From: an uncultured Bacteroides sp. | Lineage (GTDB): Bacteria > Bacteroidota > Bacteroidia > Bacteroidales > GCA-2748055 | NCBI GenBank assembly: GCA_964622985.1 | Contig: CAZURA010000008.1 | Coordinates: 232 to 64,231 of the forward strand | Direction: 5' to 3' | DNA: 64,000 nt | Shown here: positions 21,901 to 27,260 of the stretch, one piece after another | Layout: the number at the start of each line of letters is the position of its first letter | Numbering within the stretch: position 1 is the stretch's first letter | Notes under the pieces: generated by a model | The model's input: only the letters and a program-made list of their open reading frames with translations | Database searches by the model: none | Told to the model about the DNA's origin: nothing | Position numbers and translations under genes: made by a program

Positions 21901-22199
21901 ATTCCGTTTTTGTGGACTATACCTTTACTTCCTGTCTGGTGATCCCCAACGCCTTCTCACCTAACGGTGACGGATTCAACGACCTCTGGATCATTGAAGG
22001 GCTGGAACTTTATCCCAATGCAGAACTTAGGATATTCGACCGGTGGGGAGCCAGGGTCTACTATGCAGAGCATGCTCCTGATAATCCGTGGGAGGGAACT
22101 TTCGACGGTCGTCCGCTTCCCATTGATTCCTATCATTATATCATCGAGTTGAACAATGGAGAACCACCAGTCACTGGAAATATAACTATTGTGAGATGA
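9963..22199 (+). CDS. Giant SprB-like cell-surface adhesin (4078 aa), T9SS type B cargo
   Basis: Signal peptide MVNKVKKLLLKYLASSITITLLSGFLTLIHAQ. Then an N-terminal ~480-aa beta-rich domain (DTEFWFVVPE...), 6 PKD modules (W.FGDG), 19 tandem ~105-aa two-Cys modules, and 10 SprB-type repeats (C.G..DG.I....GG..Y.Y.W). It ends in a gliding-motility C-terminal domain. Confidence 0.9.
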   Translation: MVNKVKKLLLKYLASSITITLLSGFLTLIHAQVDTEFWFVVPELSHRGNTGGTPGRLRIATLELEATVTISMPANPYHPTLNPTGFQDIVIDIPANSASEVDLSHLLDNAANPNRNLLENKPLTPNGINDFGLYITSTNMINVYWEVNYDYGSDLWTLKGSNGLGTLFYTPFQTVYNNRSLTPRAYSAIDIVATQDNTQVTITLPAGKGASYGSNVTSIFPGGTHVLTLNRGETFSLYPRNYSILGADRLAGTRIESTEPIAVCVKDDALNTGSQGQPVIGDQIVPVDIIGDNYIVPDIKNPNHIYVVATEDNTNIYVTDSDGIPIGPTPYTTLNRGGQALVVVPNGSKYARITSRINPGDPVKPFYVYQLALSNQTRGGALVPAIGCTGNTQLAFTRARQGENIFYFFLITERGNEDKFLIDGVPEPTIIDPGAFTEIQGSDGWVALLTTSINANVLPIGQHLVENTGGIFHLAIINGFPGAGQGGLYYGYYSDFGGLNVGATVAGTNSSVVRACYGDSVQLHAFGGTTYQWTPDSYLDDATSNLPTAINLPPGPHDYTVEVSGSCGSGTIPLTVLVSTPVVANVETNVVSGCSPLEIQFEDKSEGTYSWQYDLGDGTPLLRYDNDPATPYQPPPDPFVFSNVYTNTTDSAINYEITLLAKNESGCSEILTKTITVYPEIHSDFTVDNDAGCEPVVVQFTNNSWGNTDTWLWEFGDGGSSVEQDPVHEYRNLFGPDNLVFDARLVAISPFQCRDTSSHTITVSPYIEASFAYDTVAECSPHEIIITDQSIGADFYTWDFGDGNTSTSTGPVISHTYVNITPFPVTYTLSLRVDNEEGCFHEIQREVTVYPGVNAAFTVNPEEACSPEEMIFQNNSIGAATYFWDFGDGGTSTETHPIHRYDRNLLRHDTVFTVTLVTTSSEFCRDTATFDVVLHPFIEAAFTVEDVVGCHPFTVNINNESVGVDNYYWNFGDGSPVSNDPSAIISHTFLNTGDSSVVYPLQLVVTNEEGCSDTMVRYITVHPEITANFSADALVGCHPLTVTFTDLSVNAVTYLWDFGDGAASVDPSPVHTFVNFGTTDTTFLVTLTTSTSDGECVKSVSWPITILWFEQAPDISGLGDTICNNTTTDIELSTTIIPRYDVRYTWTVTDPSGQISGESNSNGNGNSISQNLRQVLVNSDTDAHEVIYTITPHTVRVDSSLQCPGNPILIEIWVNPTPEIGVSASDTVICNGETSSITITNPNNTVRGNWMYDLVVTADPKIGGEMSDQSGIVTPAFNETLTNSDSIVHKVEYRFIPKIARSAGDPDCENGLDTTIIIWVNPTPEIRISSDTVICDGETTTIQVENPNNPIRGDWKYNLVVSAETEIAGEHSGGTDLTLTTISQTLTNSDTVAHYVDYQFTPLIYNDDGAVVSCPNGLDTMIRIWVNPTPEIRLNAPDTVICNGETTTLTVTNPNQTVRGDWKYDLVVTADSQISGETGSQTGIITTTFDETLTNIDTIVHKVEYQFIPRITPDDGGVDCGTNRDTTIVIWVNPTPGIRVSADTVVCSGETSTIQVRNPNNPIRGNWVYDLVVSVDSEISGYSMSQSGITTATFNETLSNSDTVVHKVEYKFTPRIVPDDLGLHCENGLDTTIIIWVNPTPRIRVAADTVICDGDDVTFNIQNPNIPIRGDWKYDLDVTAEPEIVGESIDLTDLVQTSLTETLTNTDTVVHYVDYTFIPKIYNDDGAVISCPNGIDTTIRIWVNPTPEIRISAPDTVICNGETATLTITNPNNTVRGNWEYDLVVTADPDISGATGSQSGIVTGMFDETLTNSDTIVHKVVYQFTPYITPDDGGTDCGTYLDTTIVIWVNPTPEIRVSSDTVICNGETTTIQVRNPNNPVQGDWKYNLVVTAEAEIEGEHPGGADLNLTAIPQTLTNPDTVAHYVDYQFTPLIYNGDGAVVSCPNGLDTMIRIWVNPTPEIRISAPDTVTCEGETFTISVDNPNIPVKGDWKYDLVMTADPEIVGPDLNMTGITTSSFNITLSNSDTIVHKVEYKFIPRITPDDGGIDCLMGDDTTIIIWVNPTPEIRVSAADTVICDGETSTIQVQNPNNPVRGTWLYDLVVTPDPEISGATTSQTGITTTSFNETLTHSDTVAHKVIYHFTPRIIPDDAGVECGNALDTTIVLWVNPRPRIVVSAPDSILCDDSDVSFWIRNPNLSVRGDWKYNLTVDYGAHINGWNIGGEYSDTDLGLQDHLINSDTAVHAVAYHFTPRIEPDDGGLDCQNQLDTTILIWVNPTPEIRVSVADTVICNEDDITFNIRNPNTPLRGDWKYNLTVDYGPFITGLNIGGEYDAATLNLIDNLTNNDTTYHSVSYHFTPRITPEDGGSDCVNGLDTTIVIWVNPTPAIRVIAEDSILCNGEPATIRIHNPNAFFLGDWEYDLEVTADPEIIGARGDTTGIIDTLLIDPLINTDSVVHKVEYRFIPLKTIEDSLICDGGTDTTLIIWVNPTPEIWVTTDDEIICDGDSVTLDVRNPNISVRGDWKFDLEITAEPGITGVSSGTVEYSTDTSITYVLYNSDQVARNVTYRFTPRITDDDGEECNAFKDTTIVIRVNPVPGIVVNTIDTLLCDGQYANFTVQNPNTSIQGQWLYDLEVFPDPEISGARNDTTFLLPDLSFSDQLSNTDTVVHKVIYHFIPRITPNDGQSDCENGRDTTITIWINPIPRIFPSVEDSIFCNNEIVVFTVGDGLGNVMGDKIYEVTAYYNTSDILVISRENGESDTVSVGFSISDSLVNQTNEVQSVFYTFKPRIYDNRPGHEGEYCNYPGNNITIEIQVNPTPLIYVDIDDTIFCDNSILTIELADGLGDVEGTSVYELDVTYNPVAVSGSIASDGEKSDFVDISDFLINNTDSVQIITYHLTARIRDDRPGHAGEYCDNGTDTTITVYLNPTPRIQYLLAEDTLCYDEGFVLTTNSLVQTTHPLVYDMSVSNLGLISNVNMSTDSVDVTIPWDESDILNPHDSVGTIIYDLDPYISTKGCPGTRDTFIIKVNPQPVMQVTQSDTAVCYNWGYLLPMNTQVYNTTGQLQYELTTDGYDPGMVSGVPADDFYDILPLDQMGVINNGDSIENVTYHFTPVIENARASGHCYGDPKPPIIVQVAPELKGNTVADTVVGGWNIRCFGLEDGTIHSNVSGGYYKFPYDFDWDTDGGFAGSIDEEDSVQVDLGIGKYWFNVVDTLGCFFTDTITLYQPDTIMVDTSITNATCAHTYINDGSIDITPSGGTLGYDYFWRKPYGLTETNEDIIDGVAGPYYLTLTDTNNCTFDAVYLIESARLIDITWSPSVFGDYEVTCNGDSTGSILVDDITGGFPNYDLKIYNLNDGDTIHAGIITPTGGVYTTLIEDLPAGEYRLFAFDDEQCFNFPPDTVILTEPDPISIGRINPQPYYDTVDISCFGADNGVIDIMVSGGHTARYPSNFNWTGPPGELDLVPGDSIQNSLGPGTYTVDITDFWGCNNTALFTLFEPPAIVLDVDSIRELNGWNITCNGDSDGFINVSTSGGISGYEWDWSTGEMVLSDPETEDQGDLMAGTYFLTITDSIQCTLDTSFTLLEPNKLGVTDSIPHYHFYEIACAGDSTGEIYLSPFGGADSVQNSYFWSTLDGYISDPDSMNQFGISAGTYNVFITDINGCTFDTLFILEDPDPILIDTLTADSAHCFGTATGFINLAASGGVGEFDYLWSNGETTEDLSFIYAGSYVITITDDNYCVKIDSIDVFEADHFSVDLTVTTNYNGVPISCASATDGAISIEPQGGTEPYYYSWNTGDTIQDLAGIPAGFYKVIVRDIYECTDSAEVTITEPLPIDYSMQMYDPLCYNEASGRIELLITGGTVFNLDDYRVMVNEIMASPYIDNLPQGTYHIRIEDLNDCFVETDAELVHPDSLVLSFETENAFCKDKSDGQLNLNIDGGTYPYSINWDRGLPDNEAFFNDVYWGSYVATVTDINNCVTVDSVFVDYTFTSCLVIPNAFSPNGDGFNDLWIIEGLELYPNAELRIFDRWGARVYYAEHAPDNPWEGTFDGRPLPIDSYHYIIELNNGEPPVTGNITIVR
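11701..13292 (+). repeat. Six tandem PKD-like modules (in-frame coding repeats)
   Basis: Recurrent motifs: YSWQYDLGDGTP, WLWEFGDGGSS, YTWDFGDGNTS, YFWDFGDGGTS, YYWNFGDGSPV, YLWDFGDGAAS. Each is preceded by C.P..V.F.N.S and followed by ...TV.P.I.A.F. Confidence 0.8.
13293..19373 (+). repeat. Array of 19 tandem ~105-aa (~315-nt) two-cysteine Ig-like modules
   Basis: Each unit has the form WVNPTPEIRVSA.DTVIC.GETT.I.V.NPN..VRGDWKYDLVVTA..EI.G...........ETLTNSDT.VHKVEY.F.PRI.PDDGG.DC.NG.DTTI.I. The WVNPTP boundary recurs at 13603, 13918, 14233, 14554, 14866 and so on. Units degenerate toward both ends of the array. Confidence 0.85.
19374..21920 (+). repeat. Ten SprB-type repeats
   Basis: Examples: IRCFGLEDGTIHSNVSGGYYKFPYDFDW, ISCFGADNGVIDIMVSGG, ITCNGDSDGFINVSTSGGISGYEWDW, AHCFGTATGFINLAASGGVGEFDYLW, ISCASATDGAISIEPQGGTEPYYYSW, AFCKDKSDGQLNLNIDGGTYPYSINW. 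Confidence 0.8.
21921..22196 (+). other. Type B T9SS C-terminal domain (gliding motility-associated CTD, TIGR04131 / CHU_C-like)
   Basis: CLVIPNAFSPNGDGFNDLWIIEGLELYPNAELRIFDRWGARVYYAEHAPDNPWEGTFDGRPLPIDSYHYIIELNNGEPPVTGNITIVR. Confidence 0.88.
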
Positions 22200-22217
22200 C
22201 ACCGTAAGAGAGAGCTA

Positions 22218-23204
22218 GTGAAAAGAGTTGGATTATACATATCACTGTGTTTACTACTCACCTGGTCCGGAGACCTGGCGGCTCAGCAATTGCCCATTTT
22301 TTCGCAATATTTGCTGAATGGATTTTTGGTCAATCCTTCCATGGCGGGGCATGACGGGTATACCACTTTTAATACTACGGCCCGTCAACAATGGCTTGGA
22401 TTTAGGGACGCACCCCAAACCTTTTCTGCCTCCTGGCAAACACGTGTTCTTAAGCGCTCCCACAAAATCATTAACAATCCTATTCGAAGAAAGAATATGC
22501 TTATTCCCAGTTCAAAGGGCCGGGTGGGCCTGGGTGCATATATCATCAACGATTCTAATGCAAAACTGGCCCGGACCGGGGCTTCGTTTACTTATGCGTA
22601 TCATATTATTATGAATAATCGCCAACTGTCGTTTGGTCTGGCAGCCAAGTTATTTCAGTACCGTCTCTATTCGGAGAGCCTCACTTTTGGAGAAGCTGGT
22701 GATCCGGTGATAAATGGTGATTTCAGAAGTGTAGGTTATAGTCCGGATGCCGATTTTGGTGTACAATTCATGGGTATAGATTATTTTGTAGGAGTTGCAG
22801 TGAGCAATTTACTACAGACTTCTATTGTAATAGGCGCTAATGAATTGCCTGATTTTACAACTTACAGGCATTACTGGTTCATGGGAGGGTACAGGTTTCC
22901 TTTGGGACAGGATTATGAGCTGGAACCCAGCGTGCTGTTAAGAACCAGTGAGAACTGGAATCCACTGGGAGATATCTCCCTGAGGTTCTACAATTCTGAC
23001 TTCTTCTGGGCCGGGTTGTCCTATAGAACCAATAAGAGCGTGATCGCCCTGGTGGGGGTCAGGGTAGATGGGCTCTACTTAGGTTACTCTTTTGACTGGG
23101 CACTTTCAGAGATAGGGCATTTCAACTACGGTTCCCATGAGATCACCTTGTCTGTAAAACTGGGTAGCAGCGCCCGTCGATACAGATGGTTGAACAGGTA
23201 TTAA
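22218..23204 (+). CDS. PorP/SprF family type IX secretion system membrane protein
   Basis: GTG start 18 nt after the adhesin stop. Signal peptide MKRVGLYISLCLLLTWSGDLAAQQ, then LPIFSQYLLNGFLVNPSMAGHDGYTTFNTTARQQWLGF (the family's N-terminal signature). Beta-barrel-like C-terminus ending in an aromatic residue (Y). Confidence 0.85.
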   Translation: MKRVGLYISLCLLLTWSGDLAAQQLPIFSQYLLNGFLVNPSMAGHDGYTTFNTTARQQWLGFRDAPQTFSASWQTRVLKRSHKIINNPIRRKNMLIPSSKGRVGLGAYIINDSNAKLARTGASFTYAYHIIMNNRQLSFGLAAKLFQYRLYSESLTFGEAGDPVINGDFRSVGYSPDADFGVQFMGIDYFVGVAVSNLLQTSIVIGANELPDFTTYRHYWFMGGYRFPLGQDYELEPSVLLRTSENWNPLGDISLRFYNSDFFWAGLSYRTNKSVIALVGVRVDGLYLGYSFDWALSEIGHFNYGSHEITLSVKLGSSARRYRWLNRY

Positions 23205-25705
23205 ACCGATATCAGCGATCTGCTCTCTCTTTCCTCTTTGCCTTCCCCTGATGTTTTGCGGAAATGCAGGTACAGGGCCCCGAGAAAAAGCAACACCAAC
23301 AGGAGCGAACTAATTACGGAAACGGTGGTTCCTGTGAAGTAGGAGGTAGGATGGAATTCAAAAACGATCTCATGATTTCCTTCCGGGATCACCATACCTC
23401 TTAACAGGTAGTTTACCCTGAGGTGGTCTTGCTTTTCACCGTCAACATAAGCCTGCCAGCCCTTTTCGTAATAGATTTCTGAGAATACTGCTAGCTGCTT
23501 TGTTCCGGATACACTGGTATATGCCATCCTGTTGGGTTGGTATGCTGTGAGCCTGATAGATGCTGAGGAGTCTTTTATAAAAGAGTTCTTGTCAAGCTTC
23601 CCTTCGAAACGGCGGTCCAGGGTGACTTCTTCAGATAAGTCGATTTCTGACAACGCAGCCACATCTGCATCTGCATTCTCAACTACCCTGATACTGCTTG
23701 CGAACCATGCATTTCCCCGGGCATGGCGATTGACTATGGGTTGAGTCTCCGGATTAATAATAATAAATCTGGTATTGATCATATTCACCACGTTTGTAGC
23801 GGCCAGTGTACTATCAACTGTAGTGTAATTTTGACTTTGTAAAGCACCGAATATGGTATTTATTTCAGACATCAGTGTAGTCTCGATAATGTCCTGGTAA
23901 CGGCGCATCTTCGCACCGTGGTATCCGCCAACGGAGGAGTGGAAAAAGGAAGTAGAAGCATCCTGGAACAGGGCAGTGGTAAGGTTCATGACCCGGTCGT
24001 TGAATCCTGATTGATTCATAATGAACTGGTCCGCTGCCGATGGGGTGAAAGGCTGAGTAGCCTGCCTTTTATTGGAGAAATCATCTTTATTCAAATATCG
24101 CTTGTTAACCGGCCACATATCAGCAATGAATAGTATAGCCATCAGTAAGATTACCGTATTCACTCTGATCTTTTCCATTTTGTAAAGCAGGATCAGTCCG
24201 GCTGTCAAACCTACAAACAGAAAAGAACGAAAGGCATCCGTTCTGAGTAAAGTTCTTCTATCGGCCTGAAGCGTTTCCGCCAGAGCCTGCTGATAATTAC
24301 TGTCCCCGGCAGCAACAAAATCTCCCGCCAGATCGGGAAGTAGTGCAAAAAGCAAGGAAATCCCGCCGGTAATCCCTACAGACCATTTCAGGGCATCATG
24401 CAGTTTTTTCTTCTGGATATTCCCAAACAGTATCTGATTAAGAGCTATTATAGCAAGCATCGGCATAGCCAGAGCGGGAATAACCAGAGTCATACTTACT
24501 GTCCTGAATTTATTGTAGCCTGGAACATGATCCAGAAAGAACTCGGTCAGGAACATGAAATTCTTACCCCATGCCAGAAAAATACCCAGGAGCGATGCGG
24601 CCATCAACCACCATTTAATCTTTGGATCGGCTATGAACATTCCCACAATAAACAGAAATACCACAATAGCTCCTACATAGATATTTCCCATAGTAGACGA
24701 CTGTTCACCCCAGTAGAGAGGAAGATGTTTAATCACCTCGTTGGCCTGGGCGGGATTGCTTCGGGCAAATAGTTGATAGGTTTCAGATTTTTCGGAAAGA
24801 GAACCGTCACTGCTCCCTCCTTTGATTCCTGGTATGAGCAGTGATAAAGTCTCATCAATCCCATAGCTCCATGCTGTGGCATAACTTTTAGTAAGTCCTG
24901 AGGTCTTATCATTCTCCGCCGCAGTCATCTCAGAAGGACTTCTCATTGTATACTTCCCGTACTCCATGGTAGTCCAGAGCCTGGCAGCATTAGCGGTCAC
25001 ACTGAATCCCACTGCCACAAGGAGGATGGTCACCGTGATCAGAAGGTCTTTAAAGTACTTTTCCTTAATAGCAAAATAGAGCTGTATGAGTCCGAATAGA
25101 AATACGATGATCAGTGTATAATAGGTGATCTGCGGATGCCCTGCAAGGATCTGCAAAGCTAATGCAATCCCGGTTAATGCTGCCCCGAGTAACTTCATTC
25201 CTCTAAAAGAGATAATCACCCCTGCAATTACCGGGGCCATATACCCAATGGCAATAGCCTTTGAATTGTGGCCGGCAGCGATGATCACAAAGTTGTAGGA
25301 GGAGAAAGCAAATGCAATGGCTCCGGCAATGGCCAGCCAGGGATTCACCCGTAGAGCTATTAAGAGCAAATAAAAGCCTATTAGATAGAGAAAGACGAAG
25401 CTAACCGGCCTGGGCCCAACCTGTAACAGCTGGTCCAGGAAACGAAGTTTGTTTCCTTTGTAAACCGTACTGATCATGTATCCCGGCATCCCTCCAAACT
25501 GGCTGTTTGTCCAGAGTGCCTCGTCCCCGGTCTCCTCACGGAAATCAATAAGTTCCCTGGCCATTCCTTTAAAATTGGCATTATCATGGCCTCCCAACCT
25601 TTTGCCATCCAATACTTCCGGGAAATAAGCGAAAGAAATTACCAGGAACAAAATAAGGGCTGAAAGATAGGGCAGGAGAGTATTGAACCTAAACTTAGCT
25701 GACAT
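23201..25705 (-). CDS. YfhO-family polytopic membrane protein (GT-C-like glycosyltransferase)
   Basis: The ATG at 25705 gives MSAKFRFNTLLPYLSALILFLVISFAYFPEVLDGKRL..HDNANFKGMARELIDFREETGDEALWTNSQFGGMPGY. Many TM helices are followed by a large C-terminal extracytoplasmic domain and a final TM. The track start 25726 is TTG. Confidence 0.7.
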   Translation of the reverse strand: MSAKFRFNTLLPYLSALILFLVISFAYFPEVLDGKRLGGHDNANFKGMARELIDFREETGDEALWTNSQFGGMPGYMISTVYKGNKLRFLDQLLQVGPRPVSFVFLYLIGFYLLLIALRVNPWLAIAGAIAFAFSSYNFVIIAAGHNSKAIAIGYMAPVIAGVIISFRGMKLLGAALTGIALALQILAGHPQITYYTLIIVFLFGLIQLYFAIKEKYFKDLLITVTILLVAVGFSVTANAARLWTTMEYGKYTMRSPSEMTAAENDKTSGLTKSYATAWSYGIDETLSLLIPGIKGGSSDGSLSEKSETYQLFARSNPAQANEVIKHLPLYWGEQSSTMGNIYVGAIVVFLFIVGMFIADPKIKWWLMAASLLGIFLAWGKNFMFLTEFFLDHVPGYNKFRTVSMTLVIPALAMPMLAIIALNQILFGNIQKKKLHDALKWSVGITGGISLLFALLPDLAGDFVAAGDSNYQQALAETLQADRRTLLRTDAFRSFLFVGLTAGLILLYKMEKIRVNTVILLMAILFIADMWPVNKRYLNKDDFSNKRQATQPFTPSAADQFIMNQSGFNDRVMNLTTALFQDASTSFFHSSVGGYHGAKMRRYQDIIETTLMSEINTIFGALQSQNYTTVDSTLAATNVVNMINTRFIIINPETQPIVNRHARGNAWFASSIRVVENADADVAALSEIDLSEEVTLDRRFEGKLDKNSFIKDSSASIRLTAYQPNRMAYTSVSGTKQLAVFSEIYYEKGWQAYVDGEKQDHLRVNYLLRGMVIPEGNHEIVFEFHPTSYFTGTTVSVISSLLLVLLFLGALYLHFRKTSGEGKEERESRSLISV

Positions 25706-25747
25706 CTTCTTTGAGTTTAATAACAAAATGCAATAAAAATAGTGCTT

Positions 25748-27256
25748 TTATTTATTCAGTAGCAGTCTTCTGAGATTGCTGATGAGTCTGGAGGGATTTT
25801 TCCAGCTTGAAATGATCTTTCTAATGTTTTCCATTTCCACTTCATTATAGAAACGTAGCAGGTACAGAATTAGTGGAAAGGAGAGTAGCAGGACGGATTT
25901 CAACAGCAAACGAACACCAATGGAAGTGTCATTCACAAAAAAGCCTGTACCTACCAGTACTACACCAACACCGGCAATGATAAATATTCTCCATAATTCG
26001 TACGGAATTCGATACCACTTTTGTGCAAAAGTATAGATCAGTGCAAAGAAAATCATTTGCGAAATTAATGTAGCCACTGCGGCTCCATAAATGCTGTAAC
26101 GCGGGATCAGCATAATATTTAAACCCAGGTTGATGACACTCGACAAAGCGATAAGTACTCCTGCTATTCGTGTTTTTTTCACTACTTGTAATCCGATAAA
26201 AGCCGAATCCTTGAGCATGCTGAAATAGAAAGAAAATGCCAGGATGGCCACGATGTTAGCCGATTCCCAGTAAATAATATCACGTGATGCCACTTTAATT
26301 ACTTCCAGACTGAACAGGCTGAGCCCCACCACGCAGAACATTAGACCGTATCCGAAATAGGTCATGACCCTCGCATAGAAATGCTTATTGTCAGGTTCAT
26401 TGATCTTTTTCATCAGAATGGGGGATAATGCCAGCTGTACAGAGGTGATGATCACCAATTTTAAAGTCGACGCAATCTTGTATCCCAGGTTATACACACC
26501 TACTTTTTCTAGCCCATCCATGTAGTTCAGGGAATATCTGTCTATAACTGAAAAGAACACGCCGGAAATGGAAGCCAGCATCAGAGGGAAACTGTAATTA
26601 AGCATTTCACGCATGATTTTCCATTCAAACCTGACCCTGGAATTACGGATGGAATACGGAATGAGTGCAAGCATCACAGCTGCAGAACCAATCAACTGAG
26701 CTTCAAAAATCCCATCCAGTTTCTTGCCCCTGTTTATGATGAAATATAGGGTGAGTACCATGGTGATGCTTAATCTCATTATGCTGATAAGGGAGTACCA
26801 CAGGGCACGTGACTGTAGTTTCAGAAGGGTTTGTACCTGGGTTATTACGATTTGGATGGCACTATTGATTAATAGAAGCTTGATAATATAGCTGTATGAC
26901 GGGGATTTGAACAGGATGTTTGATATGGAACCGGAAAATGGAATGGTTGCCAAAAGCATCACTCCTGATATGATGATTAATGCTAACAGTGAAGAGAAGA
27001 AAATGCTTTTTTGCCTGGGAATGTAATCCTTATCCCAGAACCACCGGGTAAGGCTCTGGGATAGCGTAAAACTCATTAGCGCTACCAACACCTGGGCAGT
27101 GATCTCCAGAACACCTAATGCCCCGTAATCACTCACTGTTAGATAATCCTGATCGGTGTAGAGAGGGATTAAGATCAGCCCTATGAGCTTGGTGCCCATA
27201 TTCCCGAGGCTGTAAACAGCAGTTTTTCGAAATGCCTTTTTAATGTCCCCAATCAT
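25748..27256 (-). CDS. Oligosaccharide flippase (Wzx-like, MOP superfamily polysaccharide biosynthesis protein)
   Basis: 502 aa with ~12-14 TM helices. The N-terminus FRKTAVYSLGNMGTKLIGLILIPLYT is typical of Wzx/PST-family proteins. It sits in a glycan cluster. Confidence 0.8.
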   Translation of the reverse strand: MIGDIKKAFRKTAVYSLGNMGTKLIGLILIPLYTDQDYLTVSDYGALGVLEITAQVLVALMSFTLSQSLTRWFWDKDYIPRQKSIFFSSLLALIIISGVMLLATIPFSGSISNILFKSPSYSYIIKLLLINSAIQIVITQVQTLLKLQSRALWYSLISIMRLSITMVLTLYFIINRGKKLDGIFEAQLIGSAAVMLALIPYSIRNSRVRFEWKIMREMLNYSFPLMLASISGVFFSVIDRYSLNYMDGLEKVGVYNLGYKIASTLKLVIITSVQLALSPILMKKINEPDNKHFYARVMTYFGYGLMFCVVGLSLFSLEVIKVASRDIIYWESANIVAILAFSFYFSMLKDSAFIGLQVVKKTRIAGVLIALSSVINLGLNIMLIPRYSIYGAAVATLISQMIFFALIYTFAQKWYRIPYELWRIFIIAGVGVVLVGTGFFVNDTSIGVRLLLKSVLLLSFPLILYLLRFYNEVEMENIRKIISSWKNPSRLISNLRRLLLNK

Positions 27257-27260
27257 ATTG

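Noticed and set aside
3827-22199. Diversity-generating retroelement or invertase-driven phase variation of the giant adhesins
   Set aside because: There is no reverse transcriptase, template repeat, recombinase or long inverted repeats flanking the 82-nt promoter spacer.
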